A DNA stretch of 64,000 nt from Candidatus Daviesbacteria bacterium (GTDB lineage Bacteria > Patescibacteriota > Microgenomatia > Daviesbacterales > UBA10151): NCBI GenBank assembly GCA_030699125.1, contig JAUYKM010000009.1, positions 291,365 to 355,364 on the forward strand, in the 5' to 3' direction. Shown one piece after another: positions 51,023 through 59,979 of the stretch (the stretch's first letter is position 1; each line of letters starts with the position of its first letter). A program made the position numbers and the translations under genes. The notes under the pieces were generated by a model. That model did not search any database, was not told the origin of the DNA, and saw nothing but the letters and a program-made list of their open reading frames with translations.

Positions 51023-53932
51023 TTAGAGTAATTTAGCTAAATATTGGCCGGTGTAGGAGAATTTGATTTTGGCGATATTTGTCGGAGTACCTTCGGCAAT
51101 AATTTTTCCGCCTCCATCTCCACCTTCCGGGCCTAAATCTATCACCCAATCTGTATTTTTAATTACATCCAAATTATGCTCAATAATGATCACAGTATTT
51201 CCGAAATTTACGAGCTTTCTAAGGATTGTTAGCAGTCTTTCAATATCTGCAAAGTGCAGACCTGTGGTGGGTTCATCTAAAATAAAAACAGTTCTGCCTG
51301 TCTGCCTTTTGGAGAGTTCTGAGGATAATTTAATTCTTTGAGCTTCACCACCAGATAGCGTTGGGGCACTCTGGCCCAATCTAATATAACTTAAGCCCAC
51401 ATCATTTAAAACTTGCAGCTTATTTTTCAAGTTGGGAATATTTCCAAAAAATTCTAAAGCTTCCTCTACCGTCATATTCAAAACTTCAGAAATATTTTTA
51501 TCCTTAAAATGAATTTCCAAAGCTTCCCTGTTATAACGGGCTCCATTACAAGCCTCACAAGTCACATACACATCAGGCAAAAACTGCATCTCAATTTTCA
51601 GTTGTCCTTCACCTTCACAGACCTCGCACCTGCCTCCTTTAACATTAAAAGAAAACCTGCCCGGTCCATAACCCCTAATTTTAGCTTCTGGAGAAGATGC
51701 AAATAGATCTCTGATAAAGGTGAAAGCCCCGGTATAGGTAGCTGGATTGGAACGCGGAGTTCTGCCTATGGGAGATTGGTCAACCAAGACTACTTTATCA
51801 ACATACTCCAGGCCTTCTAGACCCTTAAATTGTCCTGGTTTCTGCCTGGATTTATAAATTCTTTGAGCCAAGGCTTTATATAAAATATCATGAATCAGGG
51901 TTGATTTTCCCGAACCAGACACCCCGGTTATGGCGATAAATTGTCCTAAGGGAAAGGAGACATTAATATTTTTTAAATTATGTTCTGAGGCACCCATGAT
52001 TTTCAAATGTCCCATCTCCACAAGCTCTCTTCTAAACTCGCCGTTAACCTTGACCTGTTTTCTGCCTGAAAGATATTGACCGGTTAGTGAGCTGGTATTT
52101 TTTTTAATTTGCTCTGGTGTACCCATTGCCACAACTCTTCCTCCATGCTCGCCTGCTCCTGGTCCTATCTCTATCATTAAATCTGAAGCCTCCATAGTTT
52201 CCCCATCATGCTCATTAACAATGACAGTATTCCCTAAATCTCTTAACCTTTTTAAAGTCTCAATAAGCCTGGAGTTGTCCCTTTGGTGCAACCCAATAGA
52301 GGGTTCATCTAAAACATACAACACACCTGATAATCCGGAACCGATTTGAGAGGCTAATCTGATCCGTTGAGATTCTCCTCCTGCCAAAGTCATAGACGGG
52401 CGATCAAGCGTAAGATAATCCAACCCCACATCAATCAGAAACTGAATCCTGGATCTGATTTCTTTTAAAATAGATGCGGCAATTTGCATCTCCCTTCTTG
52501 AAAATACTTTCTCTCCCGCAATGCGATCTACCCAATCGATAGCCTGAGAAATAGATTGACTGGTTACCTCAGCAATATTTAAGCTGTCAATGGTAATAGA
52601 AAGAGCTTCATCCCTAAGCCTTGCCCCTTTGCATTTGGGACAGATTTCTTTAACCATGTACTTTTCAATTTCCCCCTTGACGTAATCAGATTCTGAGGCC
52701 TCATATCTTTCCTTAAGATATGGAATTAAGCCTTGAAATTCAGAATAGAAATAGGTCCACCTGCCTTGTCTATTTCTGCCCTCAACCTTAAATTGCTCAT
52801 CCTTTGAGCCGTGAAGCAGTATTTTTTTTACCTCATTAGATAAGTTGCCTAACCTGGTATTCATGTCAAAACCATATTTTTTCCCCACAGCCTCAATTAA
52901 GCGGGTGAACCAGGTTTCATTAGTAGCCAACTTACTCCAGGGCAGTATCCCACCTTCCGCAATTGAAAGTATAGGATTTAAAATAGCGGTTTCATCAATT
53001 TCTAAAAGTGAGCCTAGCCCGGAGCAAGTAGGGCAGGCACCATGAGGAGAATTAAAAGAAAGTAGCCTGGGCTCGATTTCTGATAAGGCAATGTTGTCGA
53101 TAGGACAGGCAAACCTTTCAGAATAAAGGTGATCTGCCATTTTCTTGGGGTTTTGGGGAAATTCCAAAGAAGCGTCTAACACTTCAGATATAATTACTGA
53201 ACCCTCACCCATTTTGAGCGCTGTCTCAACTGATTGTGATAATCTTGAACTAAATTGTTGTTCGTGAACAACTTTCTTATCCAAAACTAATCGATCTACT
53301 ACTAAACCAATTGTATGTTTATTAGTCTTAATTAAGACTAAATCTTCAGTTAAATCTCTAATCTGTCCATCCACCCTCACCTTAGAAAATCCTTTTTTTC
53401 TGAAATCCTCAAAAAGTTGAGAGTATTCACCTTTGCGGTCTTTAACAACGGGTGCCAAAATCATAATCCTTTTTCCTTTCTTTCCTGTCACCTGTAACCT
53501 GTCGCCTGTGATCTGTTCCACAATCTGCTCTACACTCATTCTGGAGATTTCTCTGCCGCAAATAGGACAATGGGGGTGACCAACTCTGGCAAATAAAAGC
53601 CTTAGATAATCATATATTTCGGTGGTTGTACCTACTGTAGAACGTGGATTGTGAGATACACCTTTTTGATCTATTGAAATGGCAGGGGAGAGGCCTTCTA
53701 TTAAATCCACATCCGGTTTATCCATTACTCCTAAAAACTGCCTGGCGTAGGCAGATAATGATTCCACATATCTTCTTTGCCCTTCAGCATAAAGGGTATC
53801 AAAAGCCAGAGAGGATTTACCTGAACCGGAAATTCCGGTAAACACAATTAATTTACCTTTTGGAAGCTCCAGGTCAATATTTTTTAAATTGTGTTCGCGA
53901 GCGCCTTTAATTGTAATCTTGTCAATTGCCAT
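51023..53932 (-). CDS. uvrA: excinuclease ABC subunit A
   Basis: Two ABC ATPase modules (GISGSGKSSLAFDT; GVSGSGKSTLIHD) and zinc-finger Cys clusters. 969 aa. Confidence 0.9.
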   Translation of the reverse strand: MAIDKITIKGAREHNLKNIDLELPKGKLIVFTGISGSGKSSLAFDTLYAEGQRRYVESLSAYARQFLGVMDKPDVDLIEGLSPAISIDQKGVSHNPRSTVGTTTEIYDYLRLLFARVGHPHCPICGREISRMSVEQIVEQITGDRLQVTGKKGKRIMILAPVVKDRKGEYSQLFEDFRKKGFSKVRVDGQIRDLTEDLVLIKTNKHTIGLVVDRLVLDKKVVHEQQFSSRLSQSVETALKMGEGSVIISEVLDASLEFPQNPKKMADHLYSERFACPIDNIALSEIEPRLLSFNSPHGACPTCSGLGSLLEIDETAILNPILSIAEGGILPWSKLATNETWFTRLIEAVGKKYGFDMNTRLGNLSNEVKKILLHGSKDEQFKVEGRNRQGRWTYFYSEFQGLIPYLKERYEASESDYVKGEIEKYMVKEICPKCKGARLRDEALSITIDSLNIAEVTSQSISQAIDWVDRIAGEKVFSRREMQIAASILKEIRSRIQFLIDVGLDYLTLDRPSMTLAGGESQRIRLASQIGSGLSGVLYVLDEPSIGLHQRDNSRLIETLKRLRDLGNTVIVNEHDGETMEASDLMIEIGPGAGEHGGRVVAMGTPEQIKKNTSSLTGQYLSGRKQVKVNGEFRRELVEMGHLKIMGASEHNLKNINVSFPLGQFIAITGVSGSGKSTLIHDILYKALAQRIYKSRQKPGQFKGLEGLEYVDKVVLVDQSPIGRTPRSNPATYTGAFTFIRDLFASSPEAKIRGYGPGRFSFNVKGGRCEVCEGEGQLKIEMQFLPDVYVTCEACNGARYNREALEIHFKDKNISEVLNMTVEEALEFFGNIPNLKNKLQVLNDVGLSYIRLGQSAPTLSGGEAQRIKLSSELSKRQTGRTVFILDEPTTGLHFADIERLLTILRKLVNFGNTVIIIEHNLDVIKNTDWVIDLGPEGGDGGGKIIAEGTPTNIAKIKFSYTGQYLAKLL

Positions 53933-54175
53933 ATGCGAAGTTTTCCTTGCCTAGCCGCAGGCGGGCTGAAAAATACCGGTTTATTATAGACCTTATTACA
54001 ATATTTTTAAAGCCCTTAAAACCGAGAACCTTTAGCCCGAAAGTCTATAAGCTTCCGCGGACTCTCAGTCTATGATTTTCTGCTCGTGATTATGAGTCTT
54101 AGGATTTAAAGATGAATTGTGCACATTCCCTCTTGCAAAAATACCAACTATAAGTTATAATTTCCTCTTAAATTT

Positions 54176-54790
54176 ATGATTGAATTGATTAATCAGCAGT
54201 CAGTGGGACCGGAAATTACGGCAGAAGAAATGGATTATATTTTGGAAACTCAACATGGAGTGGTTTTCTTGGAAAACCGACCAACACGGGAATATAACAT
54301 AGGAGAGGACACTTTGGCTGCTTTATTTGGTTATAAGAATGTTAGTAGTTCTTTGAGCTTTCTCAGACGAACATGTCAATACTACTATGGTTTGCCCATT
54401 ATGGATCAATGGGAACCTGATCACGATGCCAGAAAAAGATGGAGAACTGAAATGAATCTGCAATATGGTAAAATTTTTAAGGAAAGATATGAAGATAGAA
54501 ACCAATTTCGCGTCAATAATATGACCGCCATGATTGGATGGCTTGAATACGTAGTTGAATGTTCTCGGAATATAGGAAATGATGAATTATCTAATGAGTT
54601 AGCTAAAATCCATAAGGTAATGCTTTACCCTAAGAAAGGGCGAAAATTTTCAGATGCCTATGTCTTATGTGAATTTATTGGAGAGAAATTGGAATTTGTC
54701 GAATTACTTGAGGATAAAGCTGAAGAAGCATTAGATCTTGTATCTTCATATAAGCCTCAATACTCAATAATTCCAGTCAGAGTATTCTAA
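54176..54790 (+). CDS. hypothetical protein
   Basis: 204-aa ORF with typical local codon usage and no recognised motif. Confidence 0.4.
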   Translation: MIELINQQSVGPEITAEEMDYILETQHGVVFLENRPTREYNIGEDTLAALFGYKNVSSSLSFLRRTCQYYYGLPIMDQWEPDHDARKRWRTEMNLQYGKIFKERYEDRNQFRVNNMTAMIGWLEYVVECSRNIGNDELSNELAKIHKVMLYPKKGRKFSDAYVLCEFIGEKLEFVELLEDKAEEALDLVSSYKPQYSIIPVRVF

Positions 54791-54816
54791 CTTCTTAATC
54801 TGATCCCGGATTCTGG
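54789..54816 (+). repeat. 28-bp direct repeat, copy 1 (AACTTCTTAATCTGATCCCGGATTCTGG)
   Basis: Matches 55503-55530 at 26 of 28 positions. Overlaps the stop codon of 54176..54790. Confidence 0.7.
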
Positions 54817-54916
54817 TGGCTACTTCAAAATCAGATTCAAAAGATTCCTTCTACAACTGCCCAGGTTGCACCTCAACCAAGGACGAACCTGAACATACGA
54901 TGCATGATAAGTAGAG

Positions 54917-55468
54917 CTATACGTGATCAGGTTTTTCAAAACTTACCGTTACAGGTCTGGTACACGAGGGTCTGAGAAAAAAAGTTTCCTTTAGCACTCC
55001 TGTATTTAGATCTGGCAAGGGTAAATTTGTATAATCCTCCCCGTCTAAAGATATGCTAATTTGATATTTACCATTGCAGGCAGTTGCTAAAAATATTGTA
55101 TAATTTTTAGATTGCTGTGGAGTAAGTTTAACTGTTTCTAAATCTTGCTCCATACGCTCATTATCAACAATGTCTACTCTTTGGAATCTAATCCATATAT
55201 CTAAATCAACATTTTCAGGTGCTACCAGGATTATCCCCATGTTTTTCTCACGAGCTTTTTGATAAATCGTTCTGAAACTAGGATTGCCATTTAAAAACTT
55301 TTCTAAGTCCGGTTCAAGAGGTGTTGTTGTTGAAGCTAGAGAATTATCAGGAGAAGAACTTTGCCCTTGTCCAAAACCACAAGCTATACTTGAAAGACCG
55401 AGAAAAGTGGATAATATTACTGGATAAAATCCCCCTCTTATTCTTGGTTTGATTAAATCTCTCTCCAT
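54917..55468 (-). CDS. secreted hypothetical protein / lipoprotein candidate
   Basis: N-terminal hydrophobic segment with a Cys (LSSIACGFGQ). 183 aa. Flanked by the 28-bp direct repeats. Confidence 0.4.
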   Translation of the reverse strand: MERDLIKPRIRGGFYPVILSTFLGLSSIACGFGQGQSSSPDNSLASTTTPLEPDLEKFLNGNPSFRTIYQKAREKNMGIILVAPENVDLDIWIRFQRVDIVDNERMEQDLETVKLTPQQSKNYTIFLATACNGKYQISISLDGEDYTNLPLPDLNTGVLKETFFLRPSCTRPVTVSFEKPDHV

Positions 55469-55502
55469 TGAGGGAAGAATAAATGGATCTAGCTAAATTT
55501 GC

Positions 55503-55530
55503 AACTCCTTAATTTGATCCCGGATTCTGG
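55503..55530 (+). repeat. 28-bp direct repeat, copy 2 (AACTCCTTAATTTGATCCCGGATTCTGG)
   Basis: Matches 54789-54816 at 26 of 28 positions. Lies between the uvrB 3' end and the lipoprotein gene start. Confidence 0.7.
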
Positions 55531-55556
55531 CCGCCCCAAAGGGGCGAGCCTCGCCT

Positions 55557-57530
55557 TTAGCTGCTTAGCTCTTTTATTTGATCTCTAAGGCGGGCTGCCT
55601 CTTCAAAGTCTAATATTTCTGCTGCTTGGTACATTTGGGCTTCTAAATTCCCTATCATTTTCTGTCTTTCTTTAACCGGAATATCCTCTATAGTTAATTC
55701 CTTTTTACCTAATTGCTCCTCCAGCTCCTCAACTTGCTCAATCAGCCTTTCCCTTAAGGCTTTCTCAATGCTTCGGGGAGTAATATGGTGCTTTTTATTA
55801 TAATCTTCTTGGTATTTTCTTCTTCTAGCTACTTCATCAATTGCAGCTTGCATACTCTTGGTAGTGGTATCCGCATACATAATTACCTCTCCGCCAATAT
55901 TTCTGGCAGCCCTGCCCATAGTTTGAATAAGTGAAGTCCTACTCCTTAAGAAACCTTCTTTATCTGCGTCTAAAATTATTACCAAAGTTACCTCAGGTAA
56001 ATCCAGTCCTTCCCTGAGTAAATTGATTCCCACGATCACATCATATTCCCCTAAGCGTAATGAATTTAAAATATCAGATCTTTTTAAGGTTTCAATATCA
56101 GAGTGAAGGTAATTGACTTTGACTCCGTGTTCTTTTAAATAATCAGTTAAATCCTCGGCCATTCTTTTTGTTAAAGTGGTAATTAAAACTCTTTCACCTT
56201 TATTTACTCTTCCTTCTACCTCTTTGATAACGTCTTCAATCTGTCCCTGAGTTTCTCTTACTGATATTTGGGGATCGACAATACCAGTGGGTCTGACCAG
56301 CTGTTCTGCCACATTTTCTGAGCCGGCAAGGCTTAATTCATATTCATCCGGAGTGGCTGAAACATATATTGCCTGATTAATCCTTCTTTGGAATTCTTCA
56401 AATTTGAGAGGTCTGTTGTCCAAAGCAGAGGGAAGTCTGAACCCGAATTCGACCAAAGTTTCTTTTCTGGATCTGTCACCGTTATACATGCCTCTTAGTT
56501 GCGGTAAGCTGATGTGTGATTCATCAATAATCAGTAAAAAATCCTTAGGAAAATATTCCATTAAAGTATAAGGTGGGGAACCGGGAGCTCTTCCTTCAAA
56601 ATATCTGGAATAATTTTCTATGCCATTACAAAAACCAAACTCCTTTATCATTTCCAAATCATAGTAGGTTCTTTGCTCAAGCCTCTGGGCCTCAACTAAT
56701 TTCCCTTGTATTCTTAGTTTCTCCAACCTAGTTCCTAGATCCTGTTTTATCTCTTTGATAGCCGGTATCATCCTGGCTTCTGGAGTAATATAGTGTTTAG
56801 CTGGAAATATGGTGAGAGTTTGTGAAGTTGGAGCTATGTTGCCGGTAAGCGGATCCAAATGGGAGATTTTCTCTATCTTGTCTCCTAAGAAATTCACCCT
56901 GATGGCTGACTCTGAATATCCTGGATAAATATCTAAGGTATCACCCTTGACTCTATAGGTGGCTCTTTTAAAATCCAGATCATTCCTGCTATAAAACATT
57001 TTATGCAACATTTTTTTAATTTGTTCAAAACCCAATTTTACCCCCATTTTTAACTCCAAAATTGCCCCACCGTATTCAATAGGGGAGCCTAAGTTATAAA
57101 TGCAGGAGACAGAGGCTACCACCACCACATCTTTTCTGGTCATTAGAGAAGTAGTGGTAGAAAGCCTTAATTTTTCTATCTCCTCATTGATAGTGGCATC
57201 TTTTTCAATGTAAGTATCAGATTGGGGCACATATGCTTCAGGCTGATAATAGTCATAGTAAGAGACAAAGTATTCAACTGCATTTTTGGGAAAAATGGAT
57301 CTAAATTCCTGGGCTAGCTGCCCTGCTAAAGTTTTATTATGGGAAATAACCAGAGTTGGACGCTGGACTTTTTGAATCACATTTGCCATGGTAAAGGTTT
57401 TACCCGAGCCGGTTACTCCTAAAAGAACTTGATGCTGGGCCCCTGAGTTTAACTTGCCAACCAGTTTCTCAATAGCTTGCGGCTGGTCTCCGGTAGGTTT
57501 AAAACCAGATTCAATTTGAAATTTCGCCAT
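55557..57530 (-). CDS. uvrB: excinuclease ABC subunit B
   Basis: Helicase motifs (GVTGSGKTFT, DESH), beta-hairpin region and C-terminal UVR domain. 657 aa. Confidence 0.9.
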   Translation of the reverse strand: MAKFQIESGFKPTGDQPQAIEKLVGKLNSGAQHQVLLGVTGSGKTFTMANVIQKVQRPTLVISHNKTLAGQLAQEFRSIFPKNAVEYFVSYYDYYQPEAYVPQSDTYIEKDATINEEIEKLRLSTTTSLMTRKDVVVVASVSCIYNLGSPIEYGGAILELKMGVKLGFEQIKKMLHKMFYSRNDLDFKRATYRVKGDTLDIYPGYSESAIRVNFLGDKIEKISHLDPLTGNIAPTSQTLTIFPAKHYITPEARMIPAIKEIKQDLGTRLEKLRIQGKLVEAQRLEQRTYYDLEMIKEFGFCNGIENYSRYFEGRAPGSPPYTLMEYFPKDFLLIIDESHISLPQLRGMYNGDRSRKETLVEFGFRLPSALDNRPLKFEEFQRRINQAIYVSATPDEYELSLAGSENVAEQLVRPTGIVDPQISVRETQGQIEDVIKEVEGRVNKGERVLITTLTKRMAEDLTDYLKEHGVKVNYLHSDIETLKRSDILNSLRLGEYDVIVGINLLREGLDLPEVTLVIILDADKEGFLRSRTSLIQTMGRAARNIGGEVIMYADTTTKSMQAAIDEVARRRKYQEDYNKKHHITPRSIEKALRERLIEQVEELEEQLGKKELTIEDIPVKERQKMIGNLEAQMYQAAEILDFEEAARLRDQIKELSS

Positions 57531-57599
57531 AACGGTTCATTATACCATCCTGATCTAGTTTGTCCTAGTTGACATGTTCGGGTTATATTTGATATTGTT
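57531..57599. promoter_or_regulatory. divergent uvrB-lexA control region (candidate promoter and SOS operator)
   Basis: 69-bp gap between divergently transcribed uvrB and lexA. Contains TTGACA followed 18 nt later by TATTGT, a CTAGTT-N4-CTAGTT direct repeat and a GACATGTTC half-palindrome. No canonical CTGT-N8-ACAG or CGAAC-N4-GTTCG box is present. Confidence 0.3.
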
Positions 57600-58229
57600 A
57601 TGGTAAAGCTTATGCCAATTACACTCTACAGGCGTCAAAAGCAGATTGTAGATTTTGTTAAACAATATATTGACCGTTATGGTTATTCTCCCACTTTAGG
57701 TGAGATTGCCGAAGCCTTAGGTGTTTCTTCTCTTGCCACAGTTCATGAACATCTCCAGGCTCTAGCTAAAAAAGGCGTGATCAAAAGATTTGAAGGTGCT
57801 GTCAGAGGAATTGAAATTTTGGACCAGAAAATTTCTCACGGCTTGGATGGGATTGAATTGCCTGTTTTGGGCTTTATTGCCGCCGGCCAACCAATCATGA
57901 CTTATACTGACCCTGATGCTACAATTAGGGTAGCTCCTTCCATGCTCACCGGCAAAAAAAGGTCTTATGTTTTGCAGGTTAAAGGTGATTCCATGATTGA
58001 AGACGGAATCCTGGATGGAGATTTTGTCATTATTGAAGAGCAGGATGTGGCAAATGATGGGGAAATTGTGGTGGCTCTGCTTGATAATGGTCTAGCTACC
58101 TTAAAAAGATTTTTCCGGGAGTCTGATAGAATCAGATTGGAACCTGCCAATTCCCAAATGGCCCCTATTTATGCCACAGATGTGCAAATTCAGGGTAAAT
58201 GTGTGGGGGTCATCCGCAGGTTTCAATAA
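57600..58229 (+). CDS. lexA: LexA repressor
   Basis: N-terminal wHTH (LGEIAEALGVSSLATVHEHLQALAKKG). C-terminal S24 peptidase segment VKGDSMIEDGI containing the catalytic Ser; the Lys region is also present. Confidence 0.85.
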   Translation: MVKLMPITLYRRQKQIVDFVKQYIDRYGYSPTLGEIAEALGVSSLATVHEHLQALAKKGVIKRFEGAVRGIEILDQKISHGLDGIELPVLGFIAAGQPIMTYTDPDATIRVAPSMLTGKKRSYVLQVKGDSMIEDGILDGDFVIIEEQDVANDGEIVVALLDNGLATLKRFFRESDRIRLEPANSQMAPIYATDVQIQGKCVGVIRRFQ

Positions 58230-58289
58230 TTCGATTAGAATTATAGCCTACTGTCTATAACCTCTCATTATCTGCTATACTAACTACTT

Positions 58290-58916
58290 ATGCCTCATTT
58301 TGATCTAGTTGAGCTTATTAGAACTGTTGGATATTTGGGAGTTTTTACCATTGTTTTTTTAGAATCAGGACTCCTAATAGGTTTTTTCTTCCCCGGAGAT
58401 TCAGTTTTGTTTACAGCCGGATTTTTGGCTTCCCAGGGTTTTTTGGATATTAAAATTTTAATAGCAGGATGTTTTATCTTTGCTGTTTTAGGAGATAGTA
58501 TTGGTTATTACATAGGTAAAACACTAGGTCCAAAAATCTTTACCAGAGAAAATTCAATTTTCTTTCATAGGAAACATTTGGAAAGGGCTAACAGATTTTA
58601 CGAAAAACATGGTGGAAAAACCATCATCTTGGCCAGGTTTATTCCGGTGATTAGGGCTTTTGCGCCTGTGGTGGCAGGTGCTGGAAAAATGAACTACAAA
58701 AGATTTGTTTTCTTTAACTTTTTTGGGGGGATCCTCTGGGCAATAGGAGTTACTTTGGCAGGATTTTATCTGGGAAGCCTGATACCTGATGTAGATAAAT
58801 ACCTGCTTCCCATTGTAGGGCTAATAGTTATAGCTTCTGTTCTACCTGGGCTGCACCATATGCTGACTGATGCAGAATTGAGGGCTAGTCTGATTAAAAG
58901 GGTAAAAAGAAGCTAA
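58290..58916 (+). CDS. DedA family membrane protein
   Basis: GYLGVFTIVFLESGLLIGFFFPGDSVLFTAGFL, the DedA/SNARE-associated signature. Confidence 0.7.
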   Translation: MPHFDLVELIRTVGYLGVFTIVFLESGLLIGFFFPGDSVLFTAGFLASQGFLDIKILIAGCFIFAVLGDSIGYYIGKTLGPKIFTRENSIFFHRKHLERANRFYEKHGGKTIILARFIPVIRAFAPVVAGAGKMNYKRFVFFNFFGGILWAIGVTLAGFYLGSLIPDVDKYLLPIVGLIVIASVLPGLHHMLTDAELRASLIKRVKRS

Positions 58917-58929
58917 TCCTGCTATAATT

Positions 58930-59601
58930 ATGGCCATGCTATACATTGTGGCCACTCCAATTGGAAATTTAGGGGATATTACCCTAAGGGCTTTGGAGGT
59001 ATTAGAATCTTGCGACGGGATAATCTGTGAAGATAGCAGGAGAACTGGCTTGCTTCTTGGGCATTTTAATGTCCATAAACCACTTCAAGTGCTGAATGAC
59101 TACAATGAAGTAAAAGTATTTGAGTCCATCATAGAGCAATTAAAGTCTGGGCAAAATCTGGCTTTAGTCTCCGATGCCGGCACCCCGCTTATTTCTGATC
59201 CGGGGTATAAGTTGGTTAGAGAGTGTCTTAACCAGGGAATAGAAATAGACTCTCTACCTGGCCCCTCATCTGTTACTGCCGCCCTCACCTTATCCGGCCT
59301 TCCACCTGATAAGTTTATTTTTTTAGGTTACCCTCCTGAAAAGAGGGGTAAAAGAATGAAATGGCTTGAGGATTTTAAAAAAACTGATGCTACAACCATT
59401 ATGTTCGTTTCACCACATAAATTACTTAAGACCTTAGAAGATATGAAGGAAGTTTTTGGGGATATAGAAGTAGTCTTAGCTCATGAATTAACCAAAATTC
59501 ACCAAAGTGTGGAAAAGAAAAGAATTACTGAGTGGCTGGAAACTTTAACAAATCCTTCAACTGGCGGACCAAAAGGAGAGTATATTTTACTTTTTAAATA
59601 A
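58930..59601 (+). CDS. rsmI: 16S rRNA (cytidine1402-2'-O)-methyltransferase RsmI
   Basis: Tetrapyrrole-methylase-fold N-terminus MLYIVATPIGNLGDITLRALEVL. Confidence 0.8.
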   Translation: MAMLYIVATPIGNLGDITLRALEVLESCDGIICEDSRRTGLLLGHFNVHKPLQVLNDYNEVKVFESIIEQLKSGQNLALVSDAGTPLISDPGYKLVRECLNQGIEIDSLPGPSSVTAALTLSGLPPDKFIFLGYPPEKRGKRMKWLEDFKKTDATTIMFVSPHKLLKTLEDMKEVFGDIEVVLAHELTKIHQSVEKKRITEWLETLTNPSTGGPKGEYILLFK

Positions 59602-59964
59602 TAAAAGTCCTGTTGCTGCCTTGATACGACCATCGATATTTTCTAATGTGGGAACGGTCGATTTAAGTCTTGCTAACCCCTGTTCAGGAGATATTCTTTG
59701 TAAACCACGTCTATCCTTAGACAACAACACATCCATTATTTGTTGAGACCACTCACTCAATATTTTATCATAAACTCTCTGCATCAACTCACCTACTACA
59801 GGCTTACCCTCAGGGAAATATTCTCCTAGCCTAATATATACCCTTCTTAATACTGTAGTGGGTTCTGCCACTATTAAAGAATTATCTGATGGATCAACAT
59901 CAAATCTACTCTGTCTTACATTTGGATCTACTTGAAATTGCATTGGATCTACTTCAGGTGGCAT
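59587..59964 (-). CDS. hypothetical protein
   Basis: 125-aa ORF with no recognised motif. Overlaps the rsmI stop by 15 nt on the opposite strand. Confidence 0.3.
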   Translation of the reverse strand: MPPEVDPMQFQVDPNVRQSRFDVDPSDNSLIVAEPTTVLRRVYIRLGEYFPEGKPVVGELMQRVYDKILSEWSQQIMDVLLSKDRRGLQRISPEQGLARLKSTVPTLENIDGRIKAATGLLLFKK

Positions 59965-59979
59965 ATAATAAATATTATA

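Noticed and set aside
57531-57599. Canonical LexA/SOS box upstream of lexA and uvrB
   Set aside because: I searched for CTGT-N8-ACAG and CGAAC-N4-GTTCG, but only a GTTCG half-site (GACATGTTCG) is present. No confident operator can be called from sequence alone.
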